A stretch of DNA of 64,000 nucleotides. Source: Burkholderiales bacterium (GTDB taxonomy: Bacteria; Pseudomonadota; Gammaproteobacteria; Burkholderiales; Burkholderiaceae_C). Below are positions 29,694-39,444 of this stretch, piece after piece (positions within the stretch are counted from its first letter, which is position 1; every line of letters begins with the position of its first letter). Location of the stretch: contig JBBRQQ010000001.1 of the NCBI GenBank assembly GCA_038226155.1, positions 55,548-119,547 of the forward strand, in the 5' to 3' direction. Under the pieces are notes generated by a model, which was not told the origin of the DNA, searched no databases, and was given only the letters and a program-made list of their open reading frames with translations. The translations under genes were made by a program, and so were the position numbers.

Positions 29694-30880
29694 AGACCAT
29701 TCGCCGCCTGATATACGGCGAGGTGCTGGCCTCCATTGCGCTGGTGGCGACAGGTTTTTTGGCGCTGTTCTTCTTTTTTGACCTGGTCGATGAGCTGCAA
29801 TACCTGGGTAAAAACAACGGCCTGCCAACGGCAAATGATATTTACCAGATCCGTCATGCGATGGCCTATGTTGGCCTGCTGGTGCCCAACCATCTCTACG
29901 AGTTGCTGCCGATTTCGGTATTAATAGGTACCATTTTTGTGATGGCCAGGCTTGCGCAGAGCTCCGAATACACCATACTTCGCACCAGCGGTCTCGACCC
30001 CTGGCGCGCCCTGAAATTGCTGCTAGGCCTGGGTGCCTTTTTTGTGGTCTTTAGTTTTGCGATCGGCGACTATGTTGCGCCTGCCAGTGAAAAGGCTGCG
30101 CAGTTGCTCAAGGCCAAGTACCAAAGCACCATCACTGTCGGGCAGACGGGTGCCTGGTTAAAGGAAAAACAACCCTACAACACCTATGTCGCGAACGTCA
30201 AAACCCTGTCCACGCGCAACGAGATGGTCGGTGTACAGATTTTCGAGTTCAACAATAAAGGCCTGGTGGTGTCGGTCACGCGGGCACCCATGGCGACTTT
30301 TGGCGATGACGACTCCTGGCTGCTCAAAGATGCCATACGCTCTGAATTTGATGTTCCGGTGACCAGCCAGAACGCCAGCGTAAATCCCGGCGACATCGTG
30401 AGCAAAAGTGCCAGTCCGACTCACAAAAGCAGGCAAAGCGCCGGGGTCAACCGCACCGTGACTGACAACTTCCGCTGGCCCACAGGCATCACGCCGGAGA
30501 TGGTGTCGGTGGCGCTGCTCAAGCCGGAGCGCATGGCTACCTACGATCTGTTTACCTACATCCGCCATCTGGATGCCAACGGTCAGGCCGCGCAGCGATA
30601 TGAAATCGAGTTCTGGAAAAAGGTTTTTTACCCGCTCAGTTGTCTGGTGATGGTGATACTGGCCCTGCCTTTTGCTTACCTGCACTTTCGTACTGGCGGT
30701 ATCGCCGGCTATGTCTTTGCCGGTGTGCTGATCGGTATCAGCTTTTTCCTGCTCAACAACGTGTTTGGCTATGTTGGCAACCTGCAAAACTGGCAGCCGT
30801 GGCTGGCAGCCGCGACGCCGGGCTTGCTCTATATGGCTATTTCGCTCGGAGCGTTTGGCTGGCTTGTACTAAGACGGTAG
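29690..30880 (+). CDS. lptG: LPS export ABC transporter permease LptG
   Basis: Second YjgP/YjgQ paralogue, overlapping lptF by 4 nt. Confidence 0.85.
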   Translation: MKTIRRLIYGEVLASIALVATGFLALFFFFDLVDELQYLGKNNGLPTANDIYQIRHAMAYVGLLVPNHLYELLPISVLIGTIFVMARLAQSSEYTILRTSGLDPWRALKLLLGLGAFFVVFSFAIGDYVAPASEKAAQLLKAKYQSTITVGQTGAWLKEKQPYNTYVANVKTLSTRNEMVGVQIFEFNNKGLVVSVTRAPMATFGDDDSWLLKDAIRSEFDVPVTSQNASVNPGDIVSKSASPTHKSRQSAGVNRTVTDNFRWPTGITPEMVSVALLKPERMATYDLFTYIRHLDANGQAAQRYEIEFWKKVFYPLSCLVMVILALPFAYLHFRTGGIAGYVFAGVLIGISFFLLNNVFGYVGNLQNWQPWLAAATPGLLYMAISLGAFGWLVLRR

Positions 30881-30897
30881 ACGAGGTGATAAACCCA

Positions 30898-31266
30898 ATG
30901 ACACCAGCCACCACCGGCATTATTCTTTTTGCCCATGGCTCGCGCGACGAGCAATGGCGTTTGCCCATCGAAGCTGTGGCGTTGCAGATAAAACAGCGCG
31001 AACCAGCAACTCAGGTACGCTGTGCCTATCTCGAAATGTGTACCCCTTCACTGCCAGAAGCCGCCATTGAACTGATAGCTGCCGGTGCCCTGCAGTTAAA
31101 GGTTTTTCCGCTTTTTCTGGGTGTAGGCAAGCACGCAAGGGAAGACTTGCCTCTCCTGATCGAGCAAGTTCGAACAGCGCATCCGGATGTGCAGGTTGAT
31201 TTGCTTCCCGCGGCAGGCGAGTACGCGCAAATGACTACCGTCATGGCAGATATCGCTCTGTCTTGA
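30898..31266 (+). CDS. CbiX/SirB-type sirohydrochlorin chelatase (short form)
   Basis: MTPATTGIILFAHGSRDEQW...VFPLFLGVGKHARED is a CbiX-like motif. The track ORF from 30640 is an upstream read-through overlapping lptG. Confidence 0.7.
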   Translation: MTPATTGIILFAHGSRDEQWRLPIEAVALQIKQREPATQVRCAYLEMCTPSLPEAAIELIAAGALQLKVFPLFLGVGKHAREDLPLLIEQVRTAHPDVQVDLLPAAGEYAQMTTVMADIALS

Positions 31267-31347
31267 GGAGTTTTTGGGGATCTGACCCCAGTAACCCTTA
31301 CCCCGCACCAAAGGCATAATGAAACCAATAATTAGCCTGAATTCGAT

Positions 31348-32292
31348 ATGAACCTTCATCAATTTCGCTTTGTTCAGGAAGCGGTTCGCCGCAACCTCAA
31401 CCTGACCGAAACCGCCAGAGCGCTGCACACTTCGCAACCCGGTATTTCCAAGTCCATCATTGAGCTTGAAGAAGAACTCGGCGTTGAAATATTTGCCCGC
31501 CACGGCAAACGCTTAAAGCGCGTGACCGAGCCCGGCGACCATGTGCTCAAAAGTATTGAGATCATCATGCGCGAGGTTGGCAACCTGCGGCGCATTGGCG
31601 AGCAGTACTCCGCACAAGACAGCGGCACGCTGTCGATTGCCACCACCCACACACAGGCACGCTATGTATTGCCACAGCCAGTTGCAAAACTGCGCGAGGC
31701 CTTCCCTAACGTCAACGTCAGCCTGCACCAGGGCTCCCCAGATCAGGTGGCCAAAATGGTGATTGATGAAGTGGCTGAAATCGGCATTGCGACCGAGTCG
31801 CTGACGCAATACAGCGAGCTGATTACCCTGCCCTGCTACGAGTGGCAGCACATGCTGGTGCTGCCGGTGGCGCATCCGCTTGCCGGTAAAGACAACATCA
31901 CGCTGGAAGACCTGGCTGCCGAGCCGCTAATTACCTACCACCCGTCCTTCACCGGCCGTACCAAGATTGACGCTGCCTTTGCCGCCAAGCGCCTGGACCC
32001 CCGTGTCGCACTGGAAGCGATTGACTCGGATGTCATCAAGACTTATGTGCGGCTTGGTCTGGGGGTCGGCATTGTGGCTGAAATGGCCGTCAAGGACGAT
32101 GGTAGCAACAGTGACCTGGTGGCGATTCCGGCGGGCAATCTGTTCGGTGTCAACGTCGCGCGCGTGGCGTTCAAGCGCAGCGCCTACCTGCGCAATTTTG
32201 TCTATACCTTTGCACAACTCCTGAGCGACAAACTTGAACGCAGCGTGATCGAAAAAGTCATGTCTGGCCATATCAGCGACTACGAACTTTAG
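31348..32292 (+). CDS. cysB: CysB-family LysR-type transcriptional regulator
   Basis: MNLHQFRFVQEAVRRNLNLTETARALHTSQPGISKSIIELEEELGVEIF is highly CysB/Cbl-like. Confidence 0.85.
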   Translation: MNLHQFRFVQEAVRRNLNLTETARALHTSQPGISKSIIELEEELGVEIFARHGKRLKRVTEPGDHVLKSIEIIMREVGNLRRIGEQYSAQDSGTLSIATTHTQARYVLPQPVAKLREAFPNVNVSLHQGSPDQVAKMVIDEVAEIGIATESLTQYSELITLPCYEWQHMLVLPVAHPLAGKDNITLEDLAAEPLITYHPSFTGRTKIDAAFAAKRLDPRVALEAIDSDVIKTYVRLGLGVGIVAEMAVKDDGSNSDLVAIPAGNLFGVNVARVAFKRSAYLRNFVYTFAQLLSDKLERSVIEKVMSGHISDYEL

Positions 32293-32443
32293 GGCACTTC
32301 TATAAATTCATTTTTCGAGCGAATTGCTGCGTTGCGCGGTGCTCGAAATCCTCACGTACATGAAGTACGTTCCGGTTCCTGCGCTCCGTGCGCCTTGCAC
32401 TTCATCCCGAAAATCTGAATTTCTAGAAATGCCCTTTAAAATC

Positions 32444-33625
32444 ATGCACACTACAACCTTCACAGAACGCACGCCGCATCTGCAGACCAAACTGCCAGCC
32501 GTCGGCACCACCATCTTCACCGTGATGTCGGCACTGGCAGCAGAGAAGAAGGCCGTCAACCTAGGTCAGGGTTTTCCGGACTTTGAATGTGACCCTGCCC
32601 TGGTCAATGCCGTCACTGATGCCATGCAGCGCGGCTTGAATCAGTACCCGCCCATGCCCGGTGTGCCGGTGCTACGTGAAGCCATCTCCAGCAAGCTGCT
32701 CAAACTGCACGGGCACCGCTATGACCCGAACACTGAGATCACGGTCACTGCAGGAGCTACACAGGCCATCATCACGGTCATATTGGCAGTCGTCCACCCC
32801 GGTGACGAGGTCATCGTGCTGGAGCCCTGCTACGACAGCTATGTGCCCAACATCGAACTTGCTGGCGGTAAAGTCGTGCGCGTTCCCTTGAGGCCAGGCA
32901 GCTTCCGGCCTGACTTTGACAAAATCAGCGCCGCCATCACGCCCAGGACGCGCGCCATCCTCATCAACTCGCCACACAACCCGAGCGCCACCGTCTGGAC
33001 TAAAGCCGACATGCTCACGCTGCAAGACATACTTGCACCCACCGACGTGCTGCTCATCAGTGACGAGGTGTATGAGCACATGGTGTTTGACGCTGACAAA
33101 GGGCAGGTTCATCAAAGCGCCATACGCTTTCCTGGTCTGGCGGCGCGTGCTTTTGTCGTCAGCAGCTTTGGCAAGACCTACCATGTCACCGGCTGGAAGG
33201 TCGGCTACGTTGCCGCGCCAGCAGTATTAACGGCCGAGTTCCGCACGGTGCACCAGTTCAATGTATTCACCGTCAACACACCGGCTCAATACGGACTGGC
33301 GAGCTACATGCTTGATGAACGTCCGTATCTTGACTTGCCAGCCTTCTACCAGCGCAAGCGCGACCTGTTTCGCGCAGGGCTGGCCAAGACCCGGTTCAAG
33401 CTGCTGCCCAGCGAAGGAAGCTACTTCCAGTGCGTTGACATTTCGGAAGTCAGTAACTTGAACGAAGCCGACTTCTGTAAATGGCTGACGACAGAAATTG
33501 GTGTGGCCGCGATTCCGCTCTCGGCGTTTTACGGCGATGGGTTCGACCAGCGTGTGGTGCGATTCTGTTTTGCCAAAAAAGACGAAACGCTGAATGCGGC
33601 GTTGGCGCGGCTGGCAAAACTGTAG
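32444..33625 (+). CDS. class I/II PLP aminotransferase (YbdL/methionine aminotransferase-like)
   Basis: LGQGFPDF, NSPHNPS and SSFGKTYHVTGWKVGY (PLP lysine). Start chosen at MHTTTF (32444); 32429 is also possible. Confidence 0.85.
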   Translation: MHTTTFTERTPHLQTKLPAVGTTIFTVMSALAAEKKAVNLGQGFPDFECDPALVNAVTDAMQRGLNQYPPMPGVPVLREAISSKLLKLHGHRYDPNTEITVTAGATQAIITVILAVVHPGDEVIVLEPCYDSYVPNIELAGGKVVRVPLRPGSFRPDFDKISAAITPRTRAILINSPHNPSATVWTKADMLTLQDILAPTDVLLISDEVYEHMVFDADKGQVHQSAIRFPGLAARAFVVSSFGKTYHVTGWKVGYVAAPAVLTAEFRTVHQFNVFTVNTPAQYGLASYMLDERPYLDLPAFYQRKRDLFRAGLAKTRFKLLPSEGSYFQCVDISEVSNLNEADFCKWLTTEIGVAAIPLSAFYGDGFDQRVVRFCFAKKDETLNAALARLAKL

Positions 33626-33738
33626 GTCATGCCCCCCTCTCCGGCTGTCAGCATTTGCTGACGATTGAATGCGCCTTGCGCCTAGTGGTTTCTTGACAAC
33701 TTACGGCAAGAATGGAGCCACATAAAAAGGAGTTTTCA

Positions 33739-33897
33739 ATGTCCCTCTCACTCATTCTTCTCATCGTCTTGATCCTCATCCTCGTTGGCGCACTGCCAAC
33801 CTGGGGGCACAGCCGCAGCTGGGGTTATGGTCCCAGCGGTGGGCTTGGCCTAGTGGTCATCATCCTGGTGGTGCTGCTGCTTATGGGACGAATCTGA
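33739..33897 (+). CDS. DUF3309 family small membrane protein
   Basis: MSLSLILLIVLILILVGALPTWGHSRSWGYGPSGGLG, with an AAGGAG Shine-Dalgarno about 7 nt upstream. Confidence 0.7.
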   Translation: MSLSLILLIVLILILVGALPTWGHSRSWGYGPSGGLGLVVIILVVLLLMGRI

Positions 33898-33913
33898 TTT
33901 TCGATTTCCAGAC

Positions 33914-33950
33914 AAAAAAGGGCCTTGCATATTGCATGGCCCTTTTTTTT
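33914..33950. terminator. Bidirectional intrinsic terminator
   Basis: AAAAAAGGGCC..TGCA-TAT-TGCA..GGCCCTTTTTTTT between the DUF3309 gene (+) and hrpA (-). Confidence 0.8.
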
Positions 33951-33969
33951 GACTGCCTGCAAACCGCTA

Positions 33970-36900
33970 TCAGCTGTTAATTTGCTGCCAGGCTTTGTCC
34001 AGGCGCTTGATGCTAATCGGCTGCGGCGTGCGCAGCTCCTGCGCAAAAAAGCTCACCCTCAGCTCTTCCAGCAACCAGCGAAACTCCTGCATGCGCGCAT
34101 CGCTTGCGCCTTTACGCTCTGCCAACAGGCGCCAGTAGCGTTGCTCTTGTGGCTTTAACTCTGCCATGCGAGCCGCATCACGGGCCGGGTCTGCCCGCCA
34201 CTTTTCAAGTCGAGCGGTGATGGCTTTCAGATAACGTGCAAAGTGCTGCAACTGCACATACGGCGTGGTCGTCAAAAACCGCTTGGGCACCAGGCGCTGC
34301 AACTGCTGGCCTGCGTCCTGCGCAGCATCCACCGCATTTTTGATGTCCTTGATCTTGCGTTGAGCCGCAGCGTATTCAGTCAATATGCCTGCGGCAAGGC
34401 GCGAGATTTCGCTGGCAATCAGGGTCAGCCTGCCGCGCCCATCTTCCACACGCTTTTTAAACTCAGCTTCGTTGGTTGGCAAGGGGTCGAGCAGAAATGC
34501 CCGATCCAGCGCCACTTCAAGGATCTGGCCACGCAGCTCTTCAACTGTGCCACCTCCAGAGTTGTCTGGCGCGCGGCCTACAAGCATGTAGCTGGCGGCC
34601 ATCTTCTGCAAGTCGGGCAGGTTCTTCTCGAGGTACTTGAGTGCGTCTTTTATTTGTAAGGAAAACAGCCGCCTCAAACCAGCGCGGTGCCTGGCCAGCG
34701 CCATCTCAGGCTCGTCAAATACCTCAATAGTCACAGCATCAGCCAAGTCAATCAGCGCCGGAAAACCAATCAGTGTTTGCGAGCCTTTTTTGATCTCCAT
34801 AAGCTCAGGCAGCTCGCCAAAGCTCCAGGCGGTGTAGCGCTCGGGCACCTTTACAGCGGCAGGCTTTGCTATGTTTTTAGTAGCTGCTAGCGCCCGTATT
34901 TGTTGGGCTTCAGTCGTTTTTTGCCCTTCAAATTGACCTAAATCAGTGGTTTTTGCGTCTTCAAGTGCAAAATCAGGCAGATTCTTCAAACTTGCCAGCG
35001 CCTGAAAGGCCCCACGCGCTTGCGAGCCCAGTTCGCCCTTAAGCCCACCTAGACTGCGACCCGTGCCCAATTGCCGGCCATGCTCGTCCAGCACCCGAAA
35101 GTTCATGAACAAATGCGCCGGCAGCATCTCCAGCTTCATGTCACCACGCTTGATGTCGAGCGAAGTCTTGTCAACCACCAGCTTGAGAACGGCATCCGTC
35201 AAAGAACCCGTGCCAAATACTTCTGCCTGATTCAACTGCTCTGCCATGCGTGCAGCGGTTTCAGGTAAGGGCACGAGGCGGGAGCGTGGTCTTTGGTGCA
35301 GGGTTTTAATCAAAGCCTGTACCTTGTCTTTAAGCATTCCAGGCACCAGCCATTCGCAGCGCTCTTCATTGACCTGGTTGAGCGCAAACAGCGGCACGTC
35401 AATCGTCACACCGTCTTTGGCGTCCCCTGGCTCATGCAGATAGGTCGCCGTGCAGTCCACACCGCCCAGCCGGATCACCTTGGGAAAGGCCTGCGTCGTG
35501 ATGCCTGCGGCCTCATGGCGCATCAGCTCTTCACGGGTTAGCAGCAGCAGCTCGGGCTGCTTTTTAACCTCGTCCCTATACCAGTGTTCAAAGCTTGCAC
35601 CGCCGCAAATGTCAAGCGGCAGTTGCTGGTCATAAAAAGCGTAGATCAGCTCTTCATCGACCAACACGTCTTGCCTGCGCGCCTTGTGTTCGAGGTCTTG
35701 CACCTGGTGTATGAGCTTTTCATTGGCATTTAAAAACGGCAGCCTGGTGTCCCAGTTTCCAGCGACCAATGCTTCGCGAATAAAAATCTCTCGCGCAGTG
35801 ATCGGGTCAACCCTGCCAAAGTTGACGCGTCTGCCGCTGTAGACGACCAGGCCATAGAGCGTTGCACGCTCCAGCGCGGTAACTTGCGCAGCCTTCTTTT
35901 CCCAGTGCGGGTCAAGCAACTGTTTACTGAGCAGATGCCCCGCCACCTGCTCTATCCACGCCGGGTCAACGTTGGCGATACCGCGGCCAAACAGGCGTGT
36001 GGTTTCGACCAGCTCGGCCACCACAATCCAGCGGCCCGGTTTTTTGGCTAAACGCGCACCCGGATGGCGGTAAAACTTGATGCCGCGTGCGCCCAGGTAC
36101 CAGTCTTCTTCATCGCTCTTGCAACCGATGTTACCCAACAGACCACAAAGCATGGAGAGATGCAATTGCTCGTAGCTTGCAGGCTTTTTATTTAACTCCC
36201 ACCCTTGCTCGCCCACGGTGCTGACGAGTTGGGAATGGATATCGCGCCATTCGCGTACCCGGCGCATGTTGATGAAGTTTTCTCTCAACAAATTTTCGTG
36301 CTGTCTATTCGTCAGTTTATGCACTGCATCATGGCCACCACGCGAAGCACCCAGCCACTTCCACAGCTTGAGGTAGCCTGAAAATTCGCTCTTGTCGTCA
36401 TCAAACTTGGCATGTTGATGATCCGCCTGGGCCTGCTTGTCCATGGGCCGGTCTCGCACGTCCTGCACGCTGAGGGCACTGGCAATTACCAGCACTTCGT
36501 CGAGCGCGCCACGCTCCTTGGCCTCCAGGATCATGCGGCCAACGCGCGGGTCTAGCGGCAGTTTTGACAGCGTCCAGCCAACAGGCGTTAGCTCGTTGTC
36601 AAGATCCACCGCGCCCAGCTCAGCCAGCAGCTGGTAGCCATCGACAATCGCGCGCTTTTGCGGTGGCTCGATAAATGCAAAATCTTCAACCGCACCCAGT
36701 TGCAGCGCCTTCATGCGCAAGATCACCGATGCCAGCGAACTGCGCAAAATTTCCGGGTCAGTAAAGCGTGTGCGACCTGAAAAATCCTGCTCGTCATAAA
36801 GTCGTATGCAGATGCCATCAGCCACCCGCCCGCAACGCCCTGCCCGCTGGTTGGCCGCCGCCTGCGAGACAGGCTCAACCATCAACTGCTCGACCTTGCT

Positions 36901-37923
36901 CCTGAAACTGTAGCGCTTGACGCGTGCCGTACCAGCATCAATTACAAAACGGATGCCCGACACGGTGAGCGACGTTTCAGCCACGTTGGTTGCCAGCACA
37001 ATGCGCCTGCCAGAGTGGCTGTCAAAAATGCGGTCTTGCTCGGCCTGGCTCAGGCGGGCAAACAGCGGTAGCACTTCGGCGTTGCGATTGAGCGGCTGGT
37101 GTGCGAGGTGCTTGCGCAGGTGGTCAGCCGCTTCACGAATCTCGCGCTCGCCGGGCAGAAAAATCAAAATATCGCCAGCGCTGTGCGGGCTTAACCAAAG
37201 CTCGTCGACTGCGTCGGCAATCGCATCATTCAGGTCATAGTCGCGCGACTCTTCGTATGGGCGATATCTCTGTTCAACCGGAAACATCCGTCCCGACACC
37301 ATGATCGTAGGCGCTGGCCCTTTTGCAGAGCTGAAGTAATCCGCAAACCGCTGCGCATCAATCGTGGCCGAGGTGATGATGACCTTGAGGTCAGGCCGGC
37401 GCGGCAGCAACTGGCGCAAATAGCCGAGCAAAAAGTCAATGTTCAGGCTGCGCTCATGCGCCTCGTCAATGATGATGGTGTCGTAGGCATTCAGAAGGGG
37501 GTCGGTCTGCGTTTCGGCCAGCAATATGCCGTCGGTCATCAGCTTGACCGAGGCGTCACGGCTCAGGCGATCCTGAAAGCGCACCTTGTAGCCCACCACA
37601 TCGCCGAGCGGCGTTTTAAGCTCTTCAGCAATACGCTTGGCTACGCTGGATGCGGCGATACGCCGGGGCTGTGTGTGGCCTATGAGTTTGCCGCGCTGGC
37701 CCGCCGGGTAGTTGAGCTTGCCCCGACCCATAGCCAGCGCAATTTTGGGCAACTGCGTGGTTTTGCCCGAGCCGGTTTCACCGCAGACGATGACGACCTG
37801 GTGCGCCGCTATGGCCGCGGCGATCTCATCGCGTCTGCCGGATACCGGCAGCGATTCAGGAAACTCTATGGGCAGCAATTTGGCTGAAGATGGCAAAAGT
37901 AAGGACAAGGACGGCAAGGCCAT
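33970..37923 (-). CDS. hrpA: ATP-dependent RNA helicase HrpA (DEAH box)
   Basis: GETGSGKTTQLPK, DEAHERS, TSAT and QRAGRCGR motifs; 1317 aa. Confidence 0.95.
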   Translation of the reverse strand: MALPSLSLLLPSSAKLLPIEFPESLPVSGRRDEIAAAIAAHQVVIVCGETGSGKTTQLPKIALAMGRGKLNYPAGQRGKLIGHTQPRRIAASSVAKRIAEELKTPLGDVVGYKVRFQDRLSRDASVKLMTDGILLAETQTDPLLNAYDTIIIDEAHERSLNIDFLLGYLRQLLPRRPDLKVIITSATIDAQRFADYFSSAKGPAPTIMVSGRMFPVEQRYRPYEESRDYDLNDAIADAVDELWLSPHSAGDILIFLPGEREIREAADHLRKHLAHQPLNRNAEVLPLFARLSQAEQDRIFDSHSGRRIVLATNVAETSLTVSGIRFVIDAGTARVKRYSFRSKVEQLMVEPVSQAAANQRAGRCGRVADGICIRLYDEQDFSGRTRFTDPEILRSSLASVILRMKALQLGAVEDFAFIEPPQKRAIVDGYQLLAELGAVDLDNELTPVGWTLSKLPLDPRVGRMILEAKERGALDEVLVIASALSVQDVRDRPMDKQAQADHQHAKFDDDKSEFSGYLKLWKWLGASRGGHDAVHKLTNRQHENLLRENFINMRRVREWRDIHSQLVSTVGEQGWELNKKPASYEQLHLSMLCGLLGNIGCKSDEEDWYLGARGIKFYRHPGARLAKKPGRWIVVAELVETTRLFGRGIANVDPAWIEQVAGHLLSKQLLDPHWEKKAAQVTALERATLYGLVVYSGRRVNFGRVDPITAREIFIREALVAGNWDTRLPFLNANEKLIHQVQDLEHKARRQDVLVDEELIYAFYDQQLPLDICGGASFEHWYRDEVKKQPELLLLTREELMRHEAAGITTQAFPKVIRLGGVDCTATYLHEPGDAKDGVTIDVPLFALNQVNEERCEWLVPGMLKDKVQALIKTLHQRPRSRLVPLPETAARMAEQLNQAEVFGTGSLTDAVLKLVVDKTSLDIKRGDMKLEMLPAHLFMNFRVLDEHGRQLGTGRSLGGLKGELGSQARGAFQALASLKNLPDFALEDAKTTDLGQFEGQKTTEAQQIRALAATKNIAKPAAVKVPERYTAWSFGELPELMEIKKGSQTLIGFPALIDLADAVTIEVFDEPEMALARHRAGLRRLFSLQIKDALKYLEKNLPDLQKMAASYMLVGRAPDNSGGGTVEELRGQILEVALDRAFLLDPLPTNEAEFKKRVEDGRGRLTLIASEISRLAAGILTEYAAAQRKIKDIKNAVDAAQDAGQQLQRLVPKRFLTTTPYVQLQHFARYLKAITARLEKWRADPARDAARMAELKPQEQRYWRLLAERKGASDARMQEFRWLLEELRVSFFAQELRTPQPISIKRLDKAWQQINS
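34868..34978 (+). repeat. In-CDS copy of the dispersed repeat, inside hrpA
   Basis: GCTATGTTTTTAGTAGCTGCTAGCGCCCGTATTTGTTG matches the 43007 copy at 32 of 38 positions. It extends to AAAATCAGGC at 34969-34978, giving 111 nt or 37 codons. Confidence 0.75.
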
Positions 37924-37989
37924 GAAGCCATTCCCAAAAGCTCTGGATTATCGGCTGTCACAGCTACAGGCTGCGTCCAGGGGATTTTC

Positions 37990-39213
37990 TCAGGCCTGCG
38001 AAAGCACCGGCAATTCAACGATCTCGCCACTACCGTGGTCAAACCAGGCAATGCGGCTGGCATAGCTCATGGCGGTGAGAGACATACCCTTTGCCATGGC
38101 TAAAGCACTGGCTCCCCCTACTTCGGGGTTTGAAATCATCAGCACGCTCACGCCGACACTCGCCACCCAGATTGTGCTTTCTGCCTCCAGCCGGGTCACA
38201 TCGCTATTGGTATTGAGTACCAGCGGTTTGCTCAGTTTGAACTGTATTCGGCGAGCCAGATTGATCAACTGTCCGCTGTCCCTGCAATTACGCATCATGA
38301 GTAAAAAACCGTCGTGCCCCAGCCGACCCATCTCGACATAGTCCGGCACGACACGGCGCAATCGGGCAGCCGTCACAAAAAGCGCATGGTTGACTGCAGC
38401 CGCGCCGTGCAGTTGCTCAAGCGCATACAGGTTGTCGATACTTATCACCATCATGCCCATCGGCTGGGGTTCCTTGCGAAAACTCTTGAACACCGCCCCC
38501 ACCAAATGTCCGGTTTCAGAGTGCGAACGCAAGCGCGTGACGGGGTCATAGCTGGGCCCGTATGCCATCACCTTGTGCAGCTCGATCAGGTAGGCATAGC
38601 GCGCCCACAAAACCCATGCCATGGCCGAAAGGTACAAGGTGGCTGCGGTGGCACTGACGGAATGAACCAGCCAGGGCACATGTTCCCGGTCAAGCGCAAT
38701 CCAGCTCAAGCCCGCCAGGGCTACCAGCATGGATAAAACACCGACCGTCGCAAGGCGCGCCAAACGGTCACCTCGCAGCACACTGCGCACGCTCATGGCC
38801 AGGGCGACGCAGGCAAGAAGGCCGGCAGTAGCCAAGCCAAGGGCCAGCGCGTGCAGCGGCTGCAGCATCCAGCCTGCACCCAGAATGGCCATGCCAAGGC
38901 CTATCAAGACCAGGCCGACACGTTGCTGCACCGGTCCTGACTTGAGCACACCCAGCACGGAAAGCAGCAAATAAGTCAGCAAAACTGCGACGAGCCCTGC
39001 AACCTGCGCCAGAAATCGTGCCATGGTATCGGCGTTGCTGATGGGCAGGCCACCCAGAAATGCCAGAACAAAAAAGCCCGATGCCAGCGCCGCCAGCGCT
39101 GCATTGACTGCCACACGCCGCAGCGAACGGGCATAGGCCAGCACAGAGCCCAAAAGCATCCATGCCACGGTACCGAAGTAGCAGCCCCACAAAGCAATTG
39201 CCAGTTTTTCCAT
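37990..39213 (-). CDS. multi-TM membrane protein with a C-terminal degenerate GGDEF-like domain
   Basis: About 7 N-terminal TM helices. The C-terminal region DPVTRLRSH...MMVISIDNLYALEQLHGAAAVNHALFVTAARL...GRLGHDGFLLMM resembles a diguanylate-cyclase fold with GGDEF replaced by GHDGF. Confidence 0.6.
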   Translation of the reverse strand: MEKLAIALWGCYFGTVAWMLLGSVLAYARSLRRVAVNAALAALASGFFVLAFLGGLPISNADTMARFLAQVAGLVAVLLTYLLLSVLGVLKSGPVQQRVGLVLIGLGMAILGAGWMLQPLHALALGLATAGLLACVALAMSVRSVLRGDRLARLATVGVLSMLVALAGLSWIALDREHVPWLVHSVSATAATLYLSAMAWVLWARYAYLIELHKVMAYGPSYDPVTRLRSHSETGHLVGAVFKSFRKEPQPMGMMVISIDNLYALEQLHGAAAVNHALFVTAARLRRVVPDYVEMGRLGHDGFLLMMRNCRDSGQLINLARRIQFKLSKPLVLNTNSDVTRLEAESTIWVASVGVSVLMISNPEVGGASALAMAKGMSLTAMSYASRIAWFDHGSGEIVELPVLSQA

Positions 39214-39444
39214 CGCGTTCGAGGTTAACGCTGTCCGTCCAATCAGGCAACACTTACCGCAGGCGATTTGCCTCTACGGTGTCTCGCTACACCCACGCTA
39301 TACATACGCCGTGGACAGGCCAAAACGCGACATTAGCGGCCCCTGGTGCTTTACACTTATTTGAACCGGCCCAATCTCGACTCCGAGCGGCTCATAGCGC
39401 CTCCTGGAGTTTTATAGCGCCACCAGAACCCAAAAACCGAAAGC

